Of a stretch of DNA of 64,000 bases, positions 16,708 through 31,980 are shown piece after piece. The notes beneath the pieces were generated by a model that searched no databases, was not told the origin of the DNA, and saw only the letters and a list, made by a program, of their open reading frames with translations. Every line of letters begins with the position of its first letter. The first letter of the stretch is position 1. This DNA is from the human T2T-CHM13v2.0 reference genome, Homo sapiens. Position numbers and translations under genes: made by a program. The stretch is taken from the NCBI RefSeq assembly GCF_009914755.1, contig NC_060936.1. One strand, 5' to 3'.

Positions 16708-19700
16708 TTTTTATAATATAATATCATATATTTATTATTTTTCCATAATTTATTGGGGTACAGGTGGTATTTAGTTACATGAATAAGTTATTTAATGGTT
16801 ATTTGTGAGATTTTGGTGCACTCATTACCAGAGCAGTATACAATGAACCATATTTGTAGTGTCTTATCCCTGAATTGTGCCCCTGTAAACATCCATGTCC
16901 AAGTATTCTTTTTGAATAATGACTTATTTTCCTCTGAGTAGATATGCAGTAGTGGGATTGCTGGATCAAATGGTAGTTCTACTTTTAGTTCTTTAAGGAA
17001 TCTCCACTGTTTTACACAGTGGCTGTACTAGTTTACATTCCCATCAGCAGTGTAGAAGTGTTCCCTGTTCACCGCATCCATGCCAACATCTACTGTTTTT
17101 TGATTTTTTGATTATGGCCATTCTTGCAGGGGTAAGGTGGTATCTCATTATGATTTTGATTTGAATTTCCTTGATCATTAGTGATATTGAGCATTTTTTC
17201 ATATGTTTGTCATTTGTATATCTTCTTTTGAGAATTGTCTGTTCACATCTTTAGACCACTTTTTGATGGGATTGTTTGTTTTTTTCTTACTGATTTGTTT
17301 GAGTTCACTGTAGATTCTGGACATTAGTCCTTTGTCAGATGTATAGATTGTGAAGATTTTCTCCCTCTCTGTGGGTTTTCTGTTTACTCTGCTGACTGTT
17401 CATTTTGCCGTGCAAAAGCTCTTTAGTTTAATTAGGTCCCAGCTATTTATCTTTGTTTTTATTGCATTTCCTTTTGGGTTCTTGGTCATGAATTCCTTGC
17501 CTAAGTCAATGTCTAAAAGATTTTTCCCAATGTTATCTTTCAGAATTTTTATAGTTTCAGGTCTTAGGTGTAACACCTTAATCCATCTTGAGTTGATTTT
17601 TGTATAAGGTGAGAGATGAGGATCCAGTTTAATTCTCCTACATGTGGCTAGCCTACCATCCCAGCACCATTTGCTGAAAAGGGTGTCCTTTCCCCACTCT
17701 ACGCTTTTGTTTGCTTTGTCAAAGATCAGTTGGCTGTAAGTATGGGGGTTTACTTCTGGGTTCTCTATTCTGTTCCATTGGTCTATATGCCTATTTTTAT
17801 ACCAGTACCATGCTGATTTGATTACTATGGCCTTACAGTATATTTTGAAATCAAGTAGTGTGATGCCTCCAGATTTGTTCTGTTTGCTTACTCTTACTTT
17901 GGCTATATAGGCTCTTTTTTGGTTCCATATGAATTTTAGAATTGTTTTTTTCTAGTTCTATGAAGAATAATGGTGATATTTTGATGGGGATTGCAGTGAA
18001 TTTGTAGATTGCTTTTGGCAGTATGGTCATTTTCACAGTATTGATTCTATCCATCTATGAGCATGGGATGTGTTTACATTTGTTTGTGTTGTCTATGATT
18101 TCTTTCAGCAGTGTTTTGTAGTTTTCCTTGTAGAGGTCTTTCAACTCCTTCATTAGGCATATTCCTAAATATTTTATTTTTTCTGCAGCTATTGTAAAAG
18201 GGGTTGAGTTCTTGATTTGATTCTCTTTTTGGTCACTGTTGGTGTATAGAAGAGCTACTAGTTTGTGTACATTAATCTTGTATCCAGAAACTTTGCTGAA
18301 TTCTTTTTTCAGTTCTAGGAGCTTTCTGGAGGAGTCCTTAGGGTTTTCAAGGTAAATGATCATATCATCAGCAAACAGTGATAGTTTGACTTCCTCGTTG
18401 CTGATTTGGATGCCTTTTATTTCTTTCTCTTGTCTGATTGCTCTGGCTAGGACTTCCAGTAGTATGTTGAAGAGGAGTAGTGAGAGTGGGCACCCTTGTC
18501 TTGTTCCAGTTCTCAGAGAGAATGCTTTCAAGTTTTCCCCATTCAGTATTGTGTTGACTATGGGTTTGTCACAGATGGTTTTTATTATATTAAGGTATGT
18601 CCCTTGTTTGTCGATTTTGCTAAGAGTTTTAATCATAAAGGGATGCTGTGCTTTTAGAATGCTTTTTCTGCATCTATTGAGATGATTATGTGATTTTTGT
18701 TTTTAATTCTCTTTATGTGGTATATCACATTTATTGACTTGCATATGTTAAACCATCCCTGCATCCCTGGTATGAAACTCATTGGATTATGGTGGATTAT
18801 ATTTTTGACATATTGTTGGATTTGGTTAGCTAGTATTTTGTTAAGGATTTTAGCATCAATGTTCATCAAGGATATCGGTCTGTAGTTTTATTTTTTGGTT
18901 ATGTCCTTTCCTGGTTTTAGTATTAGGGTGATGCTGGCTTCACACAATGAATTAAGGCAGGTTTCTTCTTTCTCTATCCTGTGGAATACTGTCAAAAGGA
19001 TTGCTACAAATTTTTCTTTGAATGTCTACTAGAATTCTGCTGTGAATCCATCTGGTTCTGGACTTTATTTTGTTGGTAATTTTAAAAATTACCATTTCAA
19101 TCTCGCTGCTTATTATTGACCTGTTGAGGGTATCTAATTCTTTCTGATTTAAGCTAGGAGGTTATATTTTTCCAGGAATCTATTCATCCCTTCTAGATTT
19201 TCTAGTTTATGTGCATAAAGGTGTTTATAGTAACATTGAGTGATCTTTTCTATTTCAGTGGTGTCAGTTGCAATATCTCCTGTTTTGTTTCTTAGTGAGG
19301 TTATTTGGATTTTCTCTCCTCTTTTCTCGGTTAATCTTACAATGGTCTATCAATTTTATTTATCTTTTCATTTATCTTTTTGTATTTTCATTGCTGTTGC
19401 TGTTTCAATTTCATTGAGTTCTGCTCTGATCTTGGTAATTTCCTTTCTTCTGCTGGGTTGGAGATTGGTTTGTTCTTGTTTTTCTAATTCCTTGAGGTGT
19501 GACCTTAGAATGTCAGTTTATGCCCTTTAAGTCTTTTTGATGTAGGCACTTAGGGCTATGAAACTTTCCTCTTAGCACTGACTTTGCTGTATCCCAGAGG
19601 TTTTGATAGGTTGTGTCATTGCTGTCATTCAGTTTGAAGAATTTTTTGTTATCTTTATTTCGTTTTTGACCTAATGCTCATTTGGGAACAAGTTATTTAA

Positions 19701-22700
19701 TTTCCATGTATTTGCATTGTTTCTGAAGGTTCCTTTTTGAGTTGATTTCCAGCCTTATTCCACTGTGGTCTGAGAGAGTGCTGATATAATTTCAATTTTC
19801 TTAAATTTATTGAGGCTCATTTTATGGCCTATCATATTGTCTATCTTGGAGAAAGTTCCATGTGCTGTTGAACAGAGCGTGTACTCTGCAGTTGTTGGAT
19901 GAAATGTTCTGTATGTATCCGTTAAGTCCATTTGTTCCAAGGTATAGTTTAAATCCATTGTTTCTTTGTTGACTTTCTGTCTTGATGACCTGTCTAGTGT
20001 TGTCATTGGAGTACTGAAGTCCCCCACTATTGTTGTGTTGCTGCCTATCTCATTTCTTAGATTTACCACTAATTGTTTTATAAATTTGGGAACTCCAGTG
20101 TTAGGTGTGCATATGTTTAGGGTTGTGATATTTTTCTATTGGACAAGGGCTTTTACCATTATATAATGCCCCTCTGTCTCTTTTAATTGCTGTTGCTTTA
20201 AAATTTGTTTTGTCTGATATAAAAACAGCTACCCCTGCTAATTTTTGGCACCCATTTGCATGAAATGCCTTTTTCCTCCCCTTTACTTTATGTGAGTCCT
20301 TATGTGTTAGGTGAGTCTCCTGAAGGCAACAGATAGTTGGTGGGTGAGTTCTTATCCATTCTGCAGTTCTGTATCTTTTAACTGAAGCATTTAGATCATT
20401 TACATTCAATATTAGTATTGAAATACGAGGTACCATTGCATTCATTGTGCTTTTTGTTGCCTGTGTACTTTGGGATTTTTGTTTTATGTTTTTGCTTTTT
20501 AATATTTATTTTTGTTTTATATGTCCTGTGTGATTTATGCTTCAAAGAGGTTCTGTTTTGATGTGTTTCCAGGATTTGTTTCAAGATTTAGAGTTCCTTT
20601 TGGCAGTTCTCATAGTGGTGGCTTGGTAATGGCGAATTCTCTCAGCATTTGTTTGTCTGAAAGCAACTGCATGTTTCTTTCTTATATGATGCTTAGTTTT
20701 GCAGGTTACAAAATTCTTGGCTAATTGTTTGGAGGCTGAAGATAGGGCCCCGAATCTCTTCTAGCTTGTAGAGTTTCTCCTGAGAAATCTGCTGTTAATC
20801 TGATAGGTTTTTCTTTATAGGTTACCTGGTGCTTCCGTCTGACAGCTCTTAAGCTGATAACATCAGATTAAGCTCTTAAGCTGATAACATCAGATTAAGC
20901 TCTTAAGCTGATGACAATGTGCCTAGGCAAAGATCTTTCTGCAATGAATTTTTCAGGTCTTCTTTGTGCTTCTTGTATTTGGATGTCTAGGCCTCTAGCA
21001 AGGTCATGGAAGTTTTCCTCGATTATTCCCCTGAATATGTTTCCCAAGCTTTTAGAATTATCTTCTTCCTCAGGAACACTGATTATTCTTAAGTTTGGTT
21101 GTTTAACATAATCCAAGACTTATTGGAGACTTTGTTCATATTTTCTCATTATTTTTTCTTTGTCTTTGTTGGATTGGGTTAATTTGAATACTTCGTCTTC
21201 GAGCTCTGAATTTCTTTCCTCTACTTGTTCAATTCTATTGCTGAGACTTTCCAGAGCATTTCACATTTCTAAGAGTGTGTCCAAAGTTTCCTGTATTTTT
21301 AATTGTTTTTTCTTTAAGCTATCTATTTCCTTGAATATCTCTCCCTTCACTTCTTATATCATTTTTTTTTTTTATTTCCTTGCTTTGGGCTTTATCTTTC
21401 TCTCATCCTTCCCTGATGAGCTTAATAACTAACCTCCTGAATTCTTTTTCAGGTAAATCAGGGATTTCTTCTTGGTTTGGATCCATTGCTGGTGAACTAG
21501 TGTGATTTTTGGGGGGTGTCAAGAAGCTTTGTTTTGTCATATTACCAGGCTTGGTTTTCTGGTTCCTTTTCATTTGGGTAGGCTCTGTTGGAGGGAAGGT
21601 CTAGGGCTGAAGGCTGTTGTTCAGATTCTTTTGTCCCATGGGGTGTTCCCTTGATGTAGTACTCTCCCCTTTATCCTGTGGATGTGACCTCCTGTGAGCC
21701 AAACTACAGTGATTGTTGTGTCTTTTCTGGGTCTAGCCACCCAGAGATCCTGGCTCTGGGCTGGTACTGGGGGCTGTCTGCAGAGTTCTGTGATGTGAAC
21801 CATCTATGGGTCTCTCAGCTGTGGATACCAGTGCCTGCTCCAGTGGAGGTGGTGGTGGGGTGCAATGAACTCTGAGTGTTCTTAGGTTTGGTGGTTGAAT
21901 TCTCTTTTTTTGTGTTGCTTGGCCTCCTGCCAGGGGGTGGCGCTTTCCAGAAAGCATCAGCTGTAGTAATGTGGAGAGGTACCAGCAGTGGGCGGGGCCC
22001 TATAACTCCTGAGATTATATGCTCTTTTTCTTCTGCTACTAAGGTGGATAGGGAAGGACCATCAGGTAGGGGCAGGGCTAGGTGTGTCTGAGCTCAGACT
22101 TTCCTTGGGTGGCTCTTGCTGCAGCTGCTGTTGGGGAAGGGGGTGAGATTCCCAGGTCACTGAAGTTGTGTACCTAGAAGGATTATGGCAGCCTCTGCTG
22201 AGTCATGCAGGTTTTCCAGGAAGTGGGGAAAAGCCAGCAGTTGCAGGCCTTACCCAGCTCCCACACAAACCAAAGGGCCTCTCTCACTCCCACCGTGCCC
22301 CCGCACAATGGACCCAAGTCTGTTTCCAGGCGGAGAGCAAGTTGGGCTTGAAAACTTGCCTGAGGCTACCTGCCTCCCAGCTGTGAAAGAAAAGGGCTTG
22401 GTTCTTCCCATGCCTGTGGAGTCTGCACACCAGATATGTGCCCTCCCCCAAGTTCTGGCCAGAAGGCTTCTCACCCTGTTCAAATTGTTACAAATTTCAG
22501 CTAGAGAATTCTTTCTCTCTGTGGAGTTTTACCCCCTGCTCCTCTGGTCACCCTCCCTATGGATCCCTGCAGTGCCAGGCAGGAATGGCCTGCTAGGGGA
22601 TGCAGCAAGCTCCCAGGGCCTTTCTGCTGCTTCTTCTACCCCTGTATTTCACTCAGCTCTCTAAATTGACTCAGCTGCAGGTAAAGTCAGAAACTTGTCC

Positions 22701-22994
22701 TGCAAATGGACCTTCAGCTTCTCCAGTGGGGGTGTGTGTTTGGGAGAGAAGGGTCTCCCTTTCGCAGTTCTGCAGTTGGGGCCTTCACAATATTCGGGGT
22801 GTTTCACAGGTCCTGCAGGAGCAGTCTGCTTCATTCAGAGGGTCTGTGGGTCCTCTCGGGATTGCTGGTTTGTTCTCACAGTTGATCTGGAGCTAAAATT
22901 CATAAAGTGAGTTTCCACAAGCTGCTCTGTCCTGAGCTATAATCTAGTCCTTCCTCCTGTCTGCCATGATCACTTCTAGATCACTTTTAAATTC
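16708..22994 (-). mobile_element. Near full-length older L1 (late L1PA/L1PB type), inactive
   Basis: ORF1 fragment (20895-21116), endonuclease (ILNVN...CCLQETH), RT (LFADDMIIY), GC-richer 5' UTR at about 21600-22970; TSD TTAGATGGTATTTTC at 16693-16707 and 22995-23009. Confidence 0.92.
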
Positions 22995-24329
22995 TTAGAT
23001 GGTATTTTCACATACTAAAGTTTGAGAGTCACAAATCCTAACTTCAAAAGTAACACAAACAAGTCATTGAAATTTGTTAATGCACAATTACCTTATATGT
23101 AAATTGGGGATAACTGCATTCACCTCATAAGATCACTGTGAAGATTAAATCAGATAAAACCAAGATAAAACACATGAAACATGCAATGTTTGGTACTATT
23201 TTTTGTCATTATTATTGACTTCGAGTTTATGGTTTCCTGGGCCAGTTCAATGGAAAGAGAAGAGATAAGATATTTTGAAAGACAAGAGATAATATATTTT
23301 TAAGAAAGCAATTCGAGTAAGATTGTGAAATGTATACATTACTGATTACAGTGAAGCCAGAAAAATTTGGCAGAGTGAAATAAAAATGAGTTCTGGAGGG
23401 TCTGAGACTCTTAACAATTTCAATTTCAAAGAAAATTTGTAATTAACTTATCTGGAGAGTTAGCAGGATGGAGAGTGGAAAGAAAGCCTGTGCTCCTTCA
23501 CCTTAAATTTCCAGAATCAAAGTGTGTGTGCATGTGTGTGTGTCAGTAGTATGCATATAAAATTGTTGGAAATGTGATAATACTATCAAACATACATGAA
23601 ATCTACTACAAAGATACAAAACATATGACATTGGGCATTTGATATGTGATGATTTAAAATCCTTGAGAGAAAATAAAATCCTATCTCTATTGCATCCAAA
23701 TAATCTTTTTCTCTCCCCTAAAATGTTGTGTCAGTCTTTAGGACAGTAAAGGGTTAGAGAACACAACAGGGGAAAATTGTCAAAGAACAGGAGGTTAAAA
23801 TGTAAGATTTCCTAGTTCTAGTGCCTCTTGGCTATGTCAAGGTGCAAGATATAACTTCAAAATTAAGTTATTAAAGTGGAGTTGAAGAGCAATGGGGCTG
23901 CGGTCAAAGGCCCATGACAGAGATTGTTGCATGGATTTTCAACATAGCTGGAGGATGGCAAGGTTTGAGGGTGAGAAGAAGATTGTACTCTAGAGGCAAA
24001 GAAATAATCAGTGAAAGGGGGAATAGAATACAGGAGGCTGACTGATGAAAAGTCGTAGAGTGTAGTGGAACCACAAGTCAGGATATGCACCTCGTTGACA
24101 TTAGGTCGAAAGAGTAATGCTTTATAAGTGAGTCAGCATTGTGAAGTTGAAAATTCTTCCTGCTTCCCTTTCCTCCAGTTCCCATGAGCATGAGAGAAGA
24201 AGCAATGCACGCTCCGGCAGATTCCTAGGAACCAAATACCTCTGAGGAGCACCAGATTTCAGTAAGACAGAGATCTGATCTGTAAAATGGTTGAGAATGT
24301 GGGGAAAGCCATTTATTGTGGAGGCGGCA

Positions 24330-24927
24330 GGCACAATTTCTTGACTGCTCTCAGTGCCCTGAAATAGAGCCTCACTCTAAAAAAGGGACCCTGCTTTTGG
24401 GGCTTAATGCTCTGTGGACATATCTTGAAATTCTTAACAAGATTATCTTGGAATTTGTGTTCTGTAAATGGAATCTGATGGAATATTAGTGGATGTGCCA
24501 GAGCTTGGAATCTTGGCTCACCTGTGGTACTGCCTTTCCACTGCTTTCCCACCTCCTCACCTTCTCAGGACAGAATCACAGCTATCTGCTCCCCCTCACC
24601 TGCCCAGTGACCACTGCTACCCATGGTGGAGGCCTAAGCATGGGTCTGGGAAGGGACAAGATCAGGTGTATGAGCCCCACAGTTTGAGTTGTGGGCAGGA
24701 CCCAGGTACCTGTGAGGGTTTGCACTTGCCTCGCATGTATTTCCATGCCCCAAAGAGCATGAGATTAAATAACAAAACAAAAGAACAAAAATGCCACATA
24801 ACTGGTTTAGAGATAAATCACAGGAGGAAAGTGAATTTTTTTTTTTTTTTTTTGGCCTACTTTTTGTACAAAGAGGCTTGCATTGACATTTTGCGCTGGG
24901 CTCCACAAATTTTGCAGCTGGTTCTGA
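24330..24927 (+). mobile_element. MER45-family hAT-Tip100 DNA transposon
   Basis: ttaatgctctg...tcttgaaattcttaa near the 5' end and cattttgcgctgggctccacaaattttgcagctggttctg at the 3' end. Confidence 0.65.
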
Positions 24928-26576
24928 TTGGAGGTTTCCAAAGGTCACAGTGGAAAGAGTAGAGAAGGCAGGCAATGGTGAAGAGTTGGGAAAAAGGAAC
25001 ATCAACAAGACTTTATGGGAGGATGGATTCATACATTGAGATAATGGAGCTGATGAACTTAACATTTTGAAAAGTGGCCAAGGGTAAGTTTGCAAGATAC
25101 AGGAAGTTAGTCTGTCAAAGATCCAAATGGAACTCTGGCCAAAATTTTAGTAAGTACACTGAACTCCAGTGCTTAATTCTATTGCCCATGGCCTCTGCTC
25201 AGGGTACCAAACATAGAGTTGAGAGGTTCTTATAAGTTGCTTCAATAAATCCTTTCCCAGGGGCTATTTAGACACTTCACTTCAAATTTGAAACCACTCC
25301 TCATAGTGAATACAGGAGTAAACTCATGTTATTTGTGAGCAGGACGAAGCCAAGGGAAGGCAGTGGAGACATAGTATGAGTCTAATTGTGAAGAGCTGGT
25401 TACAGCCAAAACATTAGTGAACTTACAAAGGAATCAGAAAATTCTTTGAGTCTTGGGTTTCCAGTGGCCAACTTTTTAACTCTAATGAAAGACCTTAATT
25501 CTTCTCAGGTTTATCTGTAAAATGGGGATGATGATGATTCCTGCTTTTTGACTGCTCAGGGCTGTTGCAAATGTCAAAGTACATAATTAATATAAAGTTT
25601 CTTTGCAAATAGCAAATATCGTTATTTTAATTCTATACCCTTTTTTTTTTTTGAAGGCTTATGGGATGCTTTGATTGCTCTGTGGCTGCATTTAGGAGAA
25701 GGAAGCTGCAGTCATGCGTCATCACTGCCAGCCTCACATCTCTTGACAGTTAAAGCCTTAGGGTGGAGCAAGGGAAAATTTAAAATAACAAATGAAGCAA
25801 AAGCAAGAGGTGATGTTCCAAAGCAGAGGAAGGCTAAGTTTATATATACAAATGTCAAGTGTGTATAGGTGAGTGTCTCAGAAGGTTTATATGTTCTATA
25901 TAAATATAGAAGTAAGTAGACTCCCTGAATAGGAAGAAAGGTCTTTTTCTTCTGAATTTTAGAATATTTTCTGCTCCATATCATTTATCTACATCTAAGT
26001 AGTCTGTTTTTCTATTTTAATGTCTCCTCCTGTCTTTCAATATATTACGGAATGGGCTAAGATGTAAGCGGGCTTAACCTTGCCTAGTCACCTGTTTCAT
26101 TCACCAGTGGGGTACCCCACCTAAAGGAGCTGTCACAAAAGAGCAGCTATGAACAGCATGAAAAACAGCAACAACAATTATAACTCTAAAGAGGTGGATG
26201 AAACCCATTGTTATTTCATTAAACAACAATGTTGGAGTTTTAGGAAAAAAAGCTGTAAGCAATGAGTCCAGAAACTAAAATTTTAGTATGATTTATCATG
26301 CTACATCCATAATTAACCAATATCCCAGAACTAACATTTTTGAAATATCTTTTCTCCAACAGACATTTAAGTTCTTAAAGTAGATAATATCTATATATCC
26401 AGTTTTGTAAGGTTTTTGAGAAGAGGCTTTAAATTTATATTGTGTCCCCACCAAAAAATTGTATTTCCCTTCTGTGTAGATGAAGGTAGTATTATTAATA
26501 GCTAGAGTGGGGTATATATACATTTATATTAACTCAATTTTCTTACATGGAAGAGCCTGTACAGCTTCTTTGAAAA

Positions 26577-26595
26577 GATCGCCACCTAGGGGAAA
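26577..26595 (-). promoter_or_regulatory. CTCF-like motif
   Basis: Minus strand CCCCTAGGTGGCG. Confidence 0.5.
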
Positions 26596-29500
26596 TTAAC
26601 AAGAGTTAATGCAACATCTGCAATGCACCACATATGCTGCGTAATATCTAATGGCGTATGTATTTAAGGAAAAAAATATGCAAAACTGTGTCATATTTCA
26701 GCAAATGTGGTGGGCCACCTAGGAAAAATAGACTACCCTGTAGACCTAGAAAGTGTGCTTGTGCACAATTTTATTGTTATTTCTAACACAGAACTGCATG
26801 TAGCTTTTGTTTATTCATTAGGGCTTGATTTTAATGACTTTCTCCATATCCAGAGAGATTTTTGAATATAGAATTTTTTACAAAATAGATATCCATCTGA
26901 TTATGAGTATAAAACTTATATTTTTGACAATTTTTACAATTAAAAATAATAGTTTTAATTAGTACAATTGTTAAGATTCTTACATGTAAAAGAATTTCTA
27001 TCTCAATTAAGCCTCAGAAATTAACAAAGATGTTTCTCCTTAAACTCATTTATTTGTTTCTGAGAATTTATAACAAGATCTCCAAATGAGGGCAAGTAAA
27101 GTGGGAAATAATTTAGTTGGTTCATTCAAGTAAAAATGGGTTATTTTACTGTACTTGAATTTCTGATGTTTTTGATAAATGTCTTAGAGAATCACTGCAT
27201 TTTCTGTAAGCACATTTAACATAAAATATGATCCACGTTATAATCTTTACATGCTATGTTGCAGATATGGGAACTTGAAAGAATGCAACATATCTTTAAG
27301 TTGAAATGGATACTTTAGCAGCCATGAAAAATTTATGTTTTGTTTTATAAAAACAAGCTACTAATTTCAAAATCAACTTTCTAAAAAGTCAAAGTATAAT
27401 TTTAAATTAAATCACATGCTCTGAAGATAATTTTTGGTTAATTAGATACTTTTGGATCATAAATTTTAATGCATCAAGATTATAAAGTAGGCAAGAGTCT
27501 AATAGGGAAAAACTTAAGGGATTATTTGAAAAAGTTTTATGTATGCTGTGTTTACAATTATTAGAACAGTTGTCAAACTGTCTAGTGACTGCCTGTTAAC
27601 TCAGTCTTCCCCATTAAGTGGAAAACCTCTTGGTAACAGTGAGTATTTTTATATACAATTATTCCTGAGGTGCTATTTGAGCAGTGTCTGTTCTGATTAC
27701 TTGGTGCCCGTAGAACCAGTGGTTAAACAATTTGAATATAACTCCTAGATGTATCAATAGCATTTAGAAGAATGCCTGGCATTTAGAAGGAACATGCGAC
27801 ACAATGGGTAAATGAATGAATAAATAGCCCCTCAAATTAGGCCTGTCCCCTGCGTTAAGTATATGCTTATAGAATCTATAACCCTCTCACAAAAAAAATG
27901 AGTCTACTGTAGAAGGCATAGTTAATCTTTGTAAGGTAAAGGTAAATATGAATTATTCTATCCCTTTTGAGATTATCCCTGCCATAATCATCTTGATAGA
28001 TAATCAAGAGCTAGTGGTACACCAAAGGAAACTGTTATGTCATATGAAATTATATGTATGTAATTATTTATTTTGTGTATATATATACATATTGTGTGTA
28101 TATCTCTCTATATATAGATATAAAATTTTAGAAATCAGTAGTATATTTGATCATGGAATAGAAAAGATTCTTTGATGAACTAAGATGAATTTATATACCT
28201 GGATAAGTAAACTTGATATTTTATCCCTGCTTATTAAAATCATTTAAATTATTTGGCAATCCATCTGTAACATTCCTTAGCTACGCTAAATTCAAGAAGC
28301 ACTAATTATCTTCACTTTGCAAGGTGAATATGTTTTAAGGTACACCAACATTTAAACTCTCTGTCTTTTCCTTTACTTCTAGCTGAATCTGATGGTACTT
28401 TTAGTGAAATAGGAGTTATAATATCTTACCTATAATAGTGTTCTTAGACGAGTTCTTATTTCTCACTAAATCTAATCCATATTGTTTATTTAGATTTTTG
28501 CCTGCCCTGAAATGTGATACTTTCATGGCAAATCTTTTCAACCTTTAACTTTCATTCTTCATTATATCCATTTTCTTTCAACAGACCTCCAGATAGTGCT
28601 ATTACTTTGCTTTTATACTGTATTTTATTTTTTTCCTAATTGTGACTGCCACATAGCAGCTCTTGGGCTCTTCTCCTGCCAGTAGCTAGCAGTTTTCCAT
28701 TTCTACCTACTTCCATTAGTAAAGGCTGATTCCTAATTTAGAGAATTAAGAATTCTGCAATCAGAGTGAACTTTATACTTTCACCTTAGAAGAAAGGGAA
28801 AAGGGGCCAGGGAACAGTTTTAATGATGTGAATATTCTAGCACAGTTTTGCACTCTGCTTCTTTACTCTCTTTAAAATGTCTCATCACATAAATAATTTA
28901 TCACAGAACTTTTGGACATCAATTACTGAGACTCAGCACTTTTTCCAGGACAGCATTACAATATGCGGTATGACTGCAAAAGTTTGGCTTTGGCTATTGA
29001 CTCAAAGTTATGTCCTTGAATAATCTGAACTGAATCTAAGATTTCATCACACTCCCATCCATTTCAGAGTGGACTTAATGATATAAGGAAACAGACTATG
29101 TGGTTTCCAACCTCTGTCACCTATTAGCTGTGGGATCCTGGGTAACTTGGTCAAGAGCTCTTAGCATTGGCTTTCTCACTGCTAAACTAAGCATATGTTC
29201 TTAGCACAGGTCCTACACAAGGTAAACACTCAGCAAAGTGAAACAGAATAAAATAAGTGTTGGCTACGTTAAGCTTCACCAGGTACTCCAAATTGTAAAA
29301 TTATAATAATCTAAAAATGTATTTTCATGTGCCTTTTAGAAACAGGAACATTGCCATGAGCATTTTTAAGATGGTTTATACTCATGGTGATTCTGTGGCC
29401 CAGCAAGTTGGAACCAAGAGCTTCTTGTTACATTAAAAAATTTTGTGTTCAGTTCCTGTGCAAATCTATGCATGAGGACAGGGCTATTATACCACACAGT

Positions 29501-30744
29501 TTAGAGCACAAGAGATGTGGCTGAGTCTCTACTTACTCTTTCTTCTGCTTTCCTAATGAAGTAGGTTTTAGTACACACATGGATAAGTAATTATGCTTCT
29601 CTGTTGGAACTACCTAAGAATCATAGATCATTTCATAGATTTATTTTTATTTTATTCTTTTTTTAAATATTGAAATTATGTATTAAGGGCTTCTTATGTG
29701 CAAGATTGTGCACTGGAAGTAGAAAGATGATCAATTCCTTGACCTATAACCTTTTTTAGACAGAAGAGAACCACAGGTAATTAACGATAATTTAGAAAGG
29801 ATAATGGAAGTATCAATAAAGTGAAGTGTTAAGGAAGTACAAAGCAAGAAGTACAGAGCACCTCTTTCTAGAAGCGCTGTGGAAGAACTGATGAATGCAT
29901 CACTAAGGCAGTTGTAAAGGCAGAAACTATCTCTCAGGCTAAGGCAGAGCCTGCTCGTAGCATTGATTTGTGCTCCCACTAGACCTAGATAGCAGCTGGA
30001 AAGAGCTGGGAATCAGGCAGCAATAAAAATATTAATTATCTTCTGGGTGCCAGACCAACAAACAAGCAAGTTTGTTTCTTTCCCTAACAAGATGTACTCT
30101 AATTAGTGGCCATGATCATTACACCATGTTTGAGTCCCAGGAGGTGATTGACTATCACAAGTCCTGCTTTCACTACCAGGCCAATGGATACATACTCTCA
30201 TTTTTATTGCTTGAGATTAAAGTGTTAAGCATTATTTAGTTTAGCAATTTCAAATTTGATAATTGTCTTGTTTATTGTCACTATTTAAAGGAAAACAAAT
30301 ACACTGTCAGTGCAGATTGTGAATGTTAATTAGTGGTGTTACTGTCAAAAGGAATTTGAATAGACAGAAGTATTGTAGAAACACCTTCAGATAAAATATG
30401 ATTCATGGAATAAAATTATTATAACTTTATCAAAATAATAATCCACAGACATACAAGGATTCTTCTGGGCCAATGTTTTCCCCCTTTCCTTCACACACTT
30501 TGGTAATTTATGTTTATGGCTTAGTCTTATAGTTCAAAAAGATACTAACTTTTAAACACCAAGCCGTATAGCAGCATATTCAAATAAATAATTTAAATAT
30601 CTATCTTAATACGGTGCTTTGTCACAATACCATTACAGTACTCTTTTTGCATTTGTATTAATGTATTATGTGTTCTAAAAAATGCATCTGTGAATATAGT
30701 ACAACAGCTCATCTATCATTAGCTTACATTTAAATGTTTTGCCT

Positions 30745-30763
30745 TTGCCACTAGGTGGCACCT
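30745..30763 (+). promoter_or_regulatory. CTCF consensus motif
   Basis: TTGCCACTAGGTGGCACCT matches CCASYAGRKGGCR. Confidence 0.65.
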
Positions 30764-31980
30764 ATATATTAATAGTTGTGGAGCATAAGTTCTACATAAG
30801 AAGGCAATATAGACAGTGAAGGAGAGAAAAGTAAGCCATTTTATTAAATTTGTTTTGTATTTAAATATTTGTTCAGGAAATAATGTAGAATTCACAAAAT
30901 TTTTTTAAGACTAGGGGAAAACATTAAATACTCATTATTCTTTTTAAAAAAATGATGAACATTGATTTTGGAAAAATCCACTGGGGGTTGCCAGGGGAAC
31001 ATATACAGCCACTTAGTCTTGACCTCAGCTTGCCATCCTATATTATAATCTCCCAGTTCAAGGAAATTCTGCAATCAATAAAAATTAATAAAAAATAAGA
31101 ACTGTAATTATATATGGCAGCATTAAAATTCTGCTTTTGGTGGTACTATTTAATGATAAATGTCATATGAAATGTGTAGTCTAATAGAAATTTTTGTGAT
31201 AAATGGTAAATTAACACCAGTTAAGAGTCTTAAATTACTAGGCCTAAAACTGACATGCTAAAAATCTAAATATATTTAGGAGAGGATACACAAATAATGC
31301 ATGATAACAGAACTATCAATCATTATAAAAATTTCAAATGCCCTCTGAAACCATCAGGAGATGCCAATATTAATAGCTTAAATAACAGCTAAAAATGCCA
31401 GTTAATGTCAAATCTAAATTTTTAAAGAGAAATGTGGATTTCTAGTCTTAGGTGTTAAAAGTTTACACAAAATAACCTTCCTGGGATAATAAAATATCAC
31501 CAATAGAATTTGAAAGAAATCAAAAAGTAAGAGAACATGCAGTAATCATTAAAATTTTATTACAACTCTTGGTACTGTCTATGCTTCACTAAATATTGCA
31601 TTGTATTTATTTATTGAAATCACAGTATTGAATTTAGGCAGCACAAGGTTAATAGCTAGATAGAAACACAGTGTCCAGCTCATGAGAAGAGTGCATGGAT
31701 AGTATGTGATTAGTGTCTTAAGTTGAGAATAACCATTCTAAAAGCAACATCCAAAAAAGAAAAAGAAATAGATTTAGAATGAAACAAGCAGCCTAGAAAG
31801 AAGGTAAGTCAAAACCTATGTAACATGAACAATGGTGTAAATAAGTAGGGGAGCTTCTCCAAAAGATAGTCCAAATACAGCCAAGTCCTTTTTGTGTTTG
31901 AAATATAATACCTTTGTTTATTTTCCTATAGTGCAAAACTAGGACCAGTTGGTGGAATCTGTGGTCAAAAACAAAAGCCT

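Noticed and set aside
22185-22664. 159-aa ORF antisense to the L1 5' UTR
   Set aside because: No resemblance to L1 ORF0 that I can see and no coding signature; likely chance.
24468-25095. Overlapping 164-aa and 153-aa ORFs
   Set aside because: Lie within a decayed MER45 element and cross a poly-T run.
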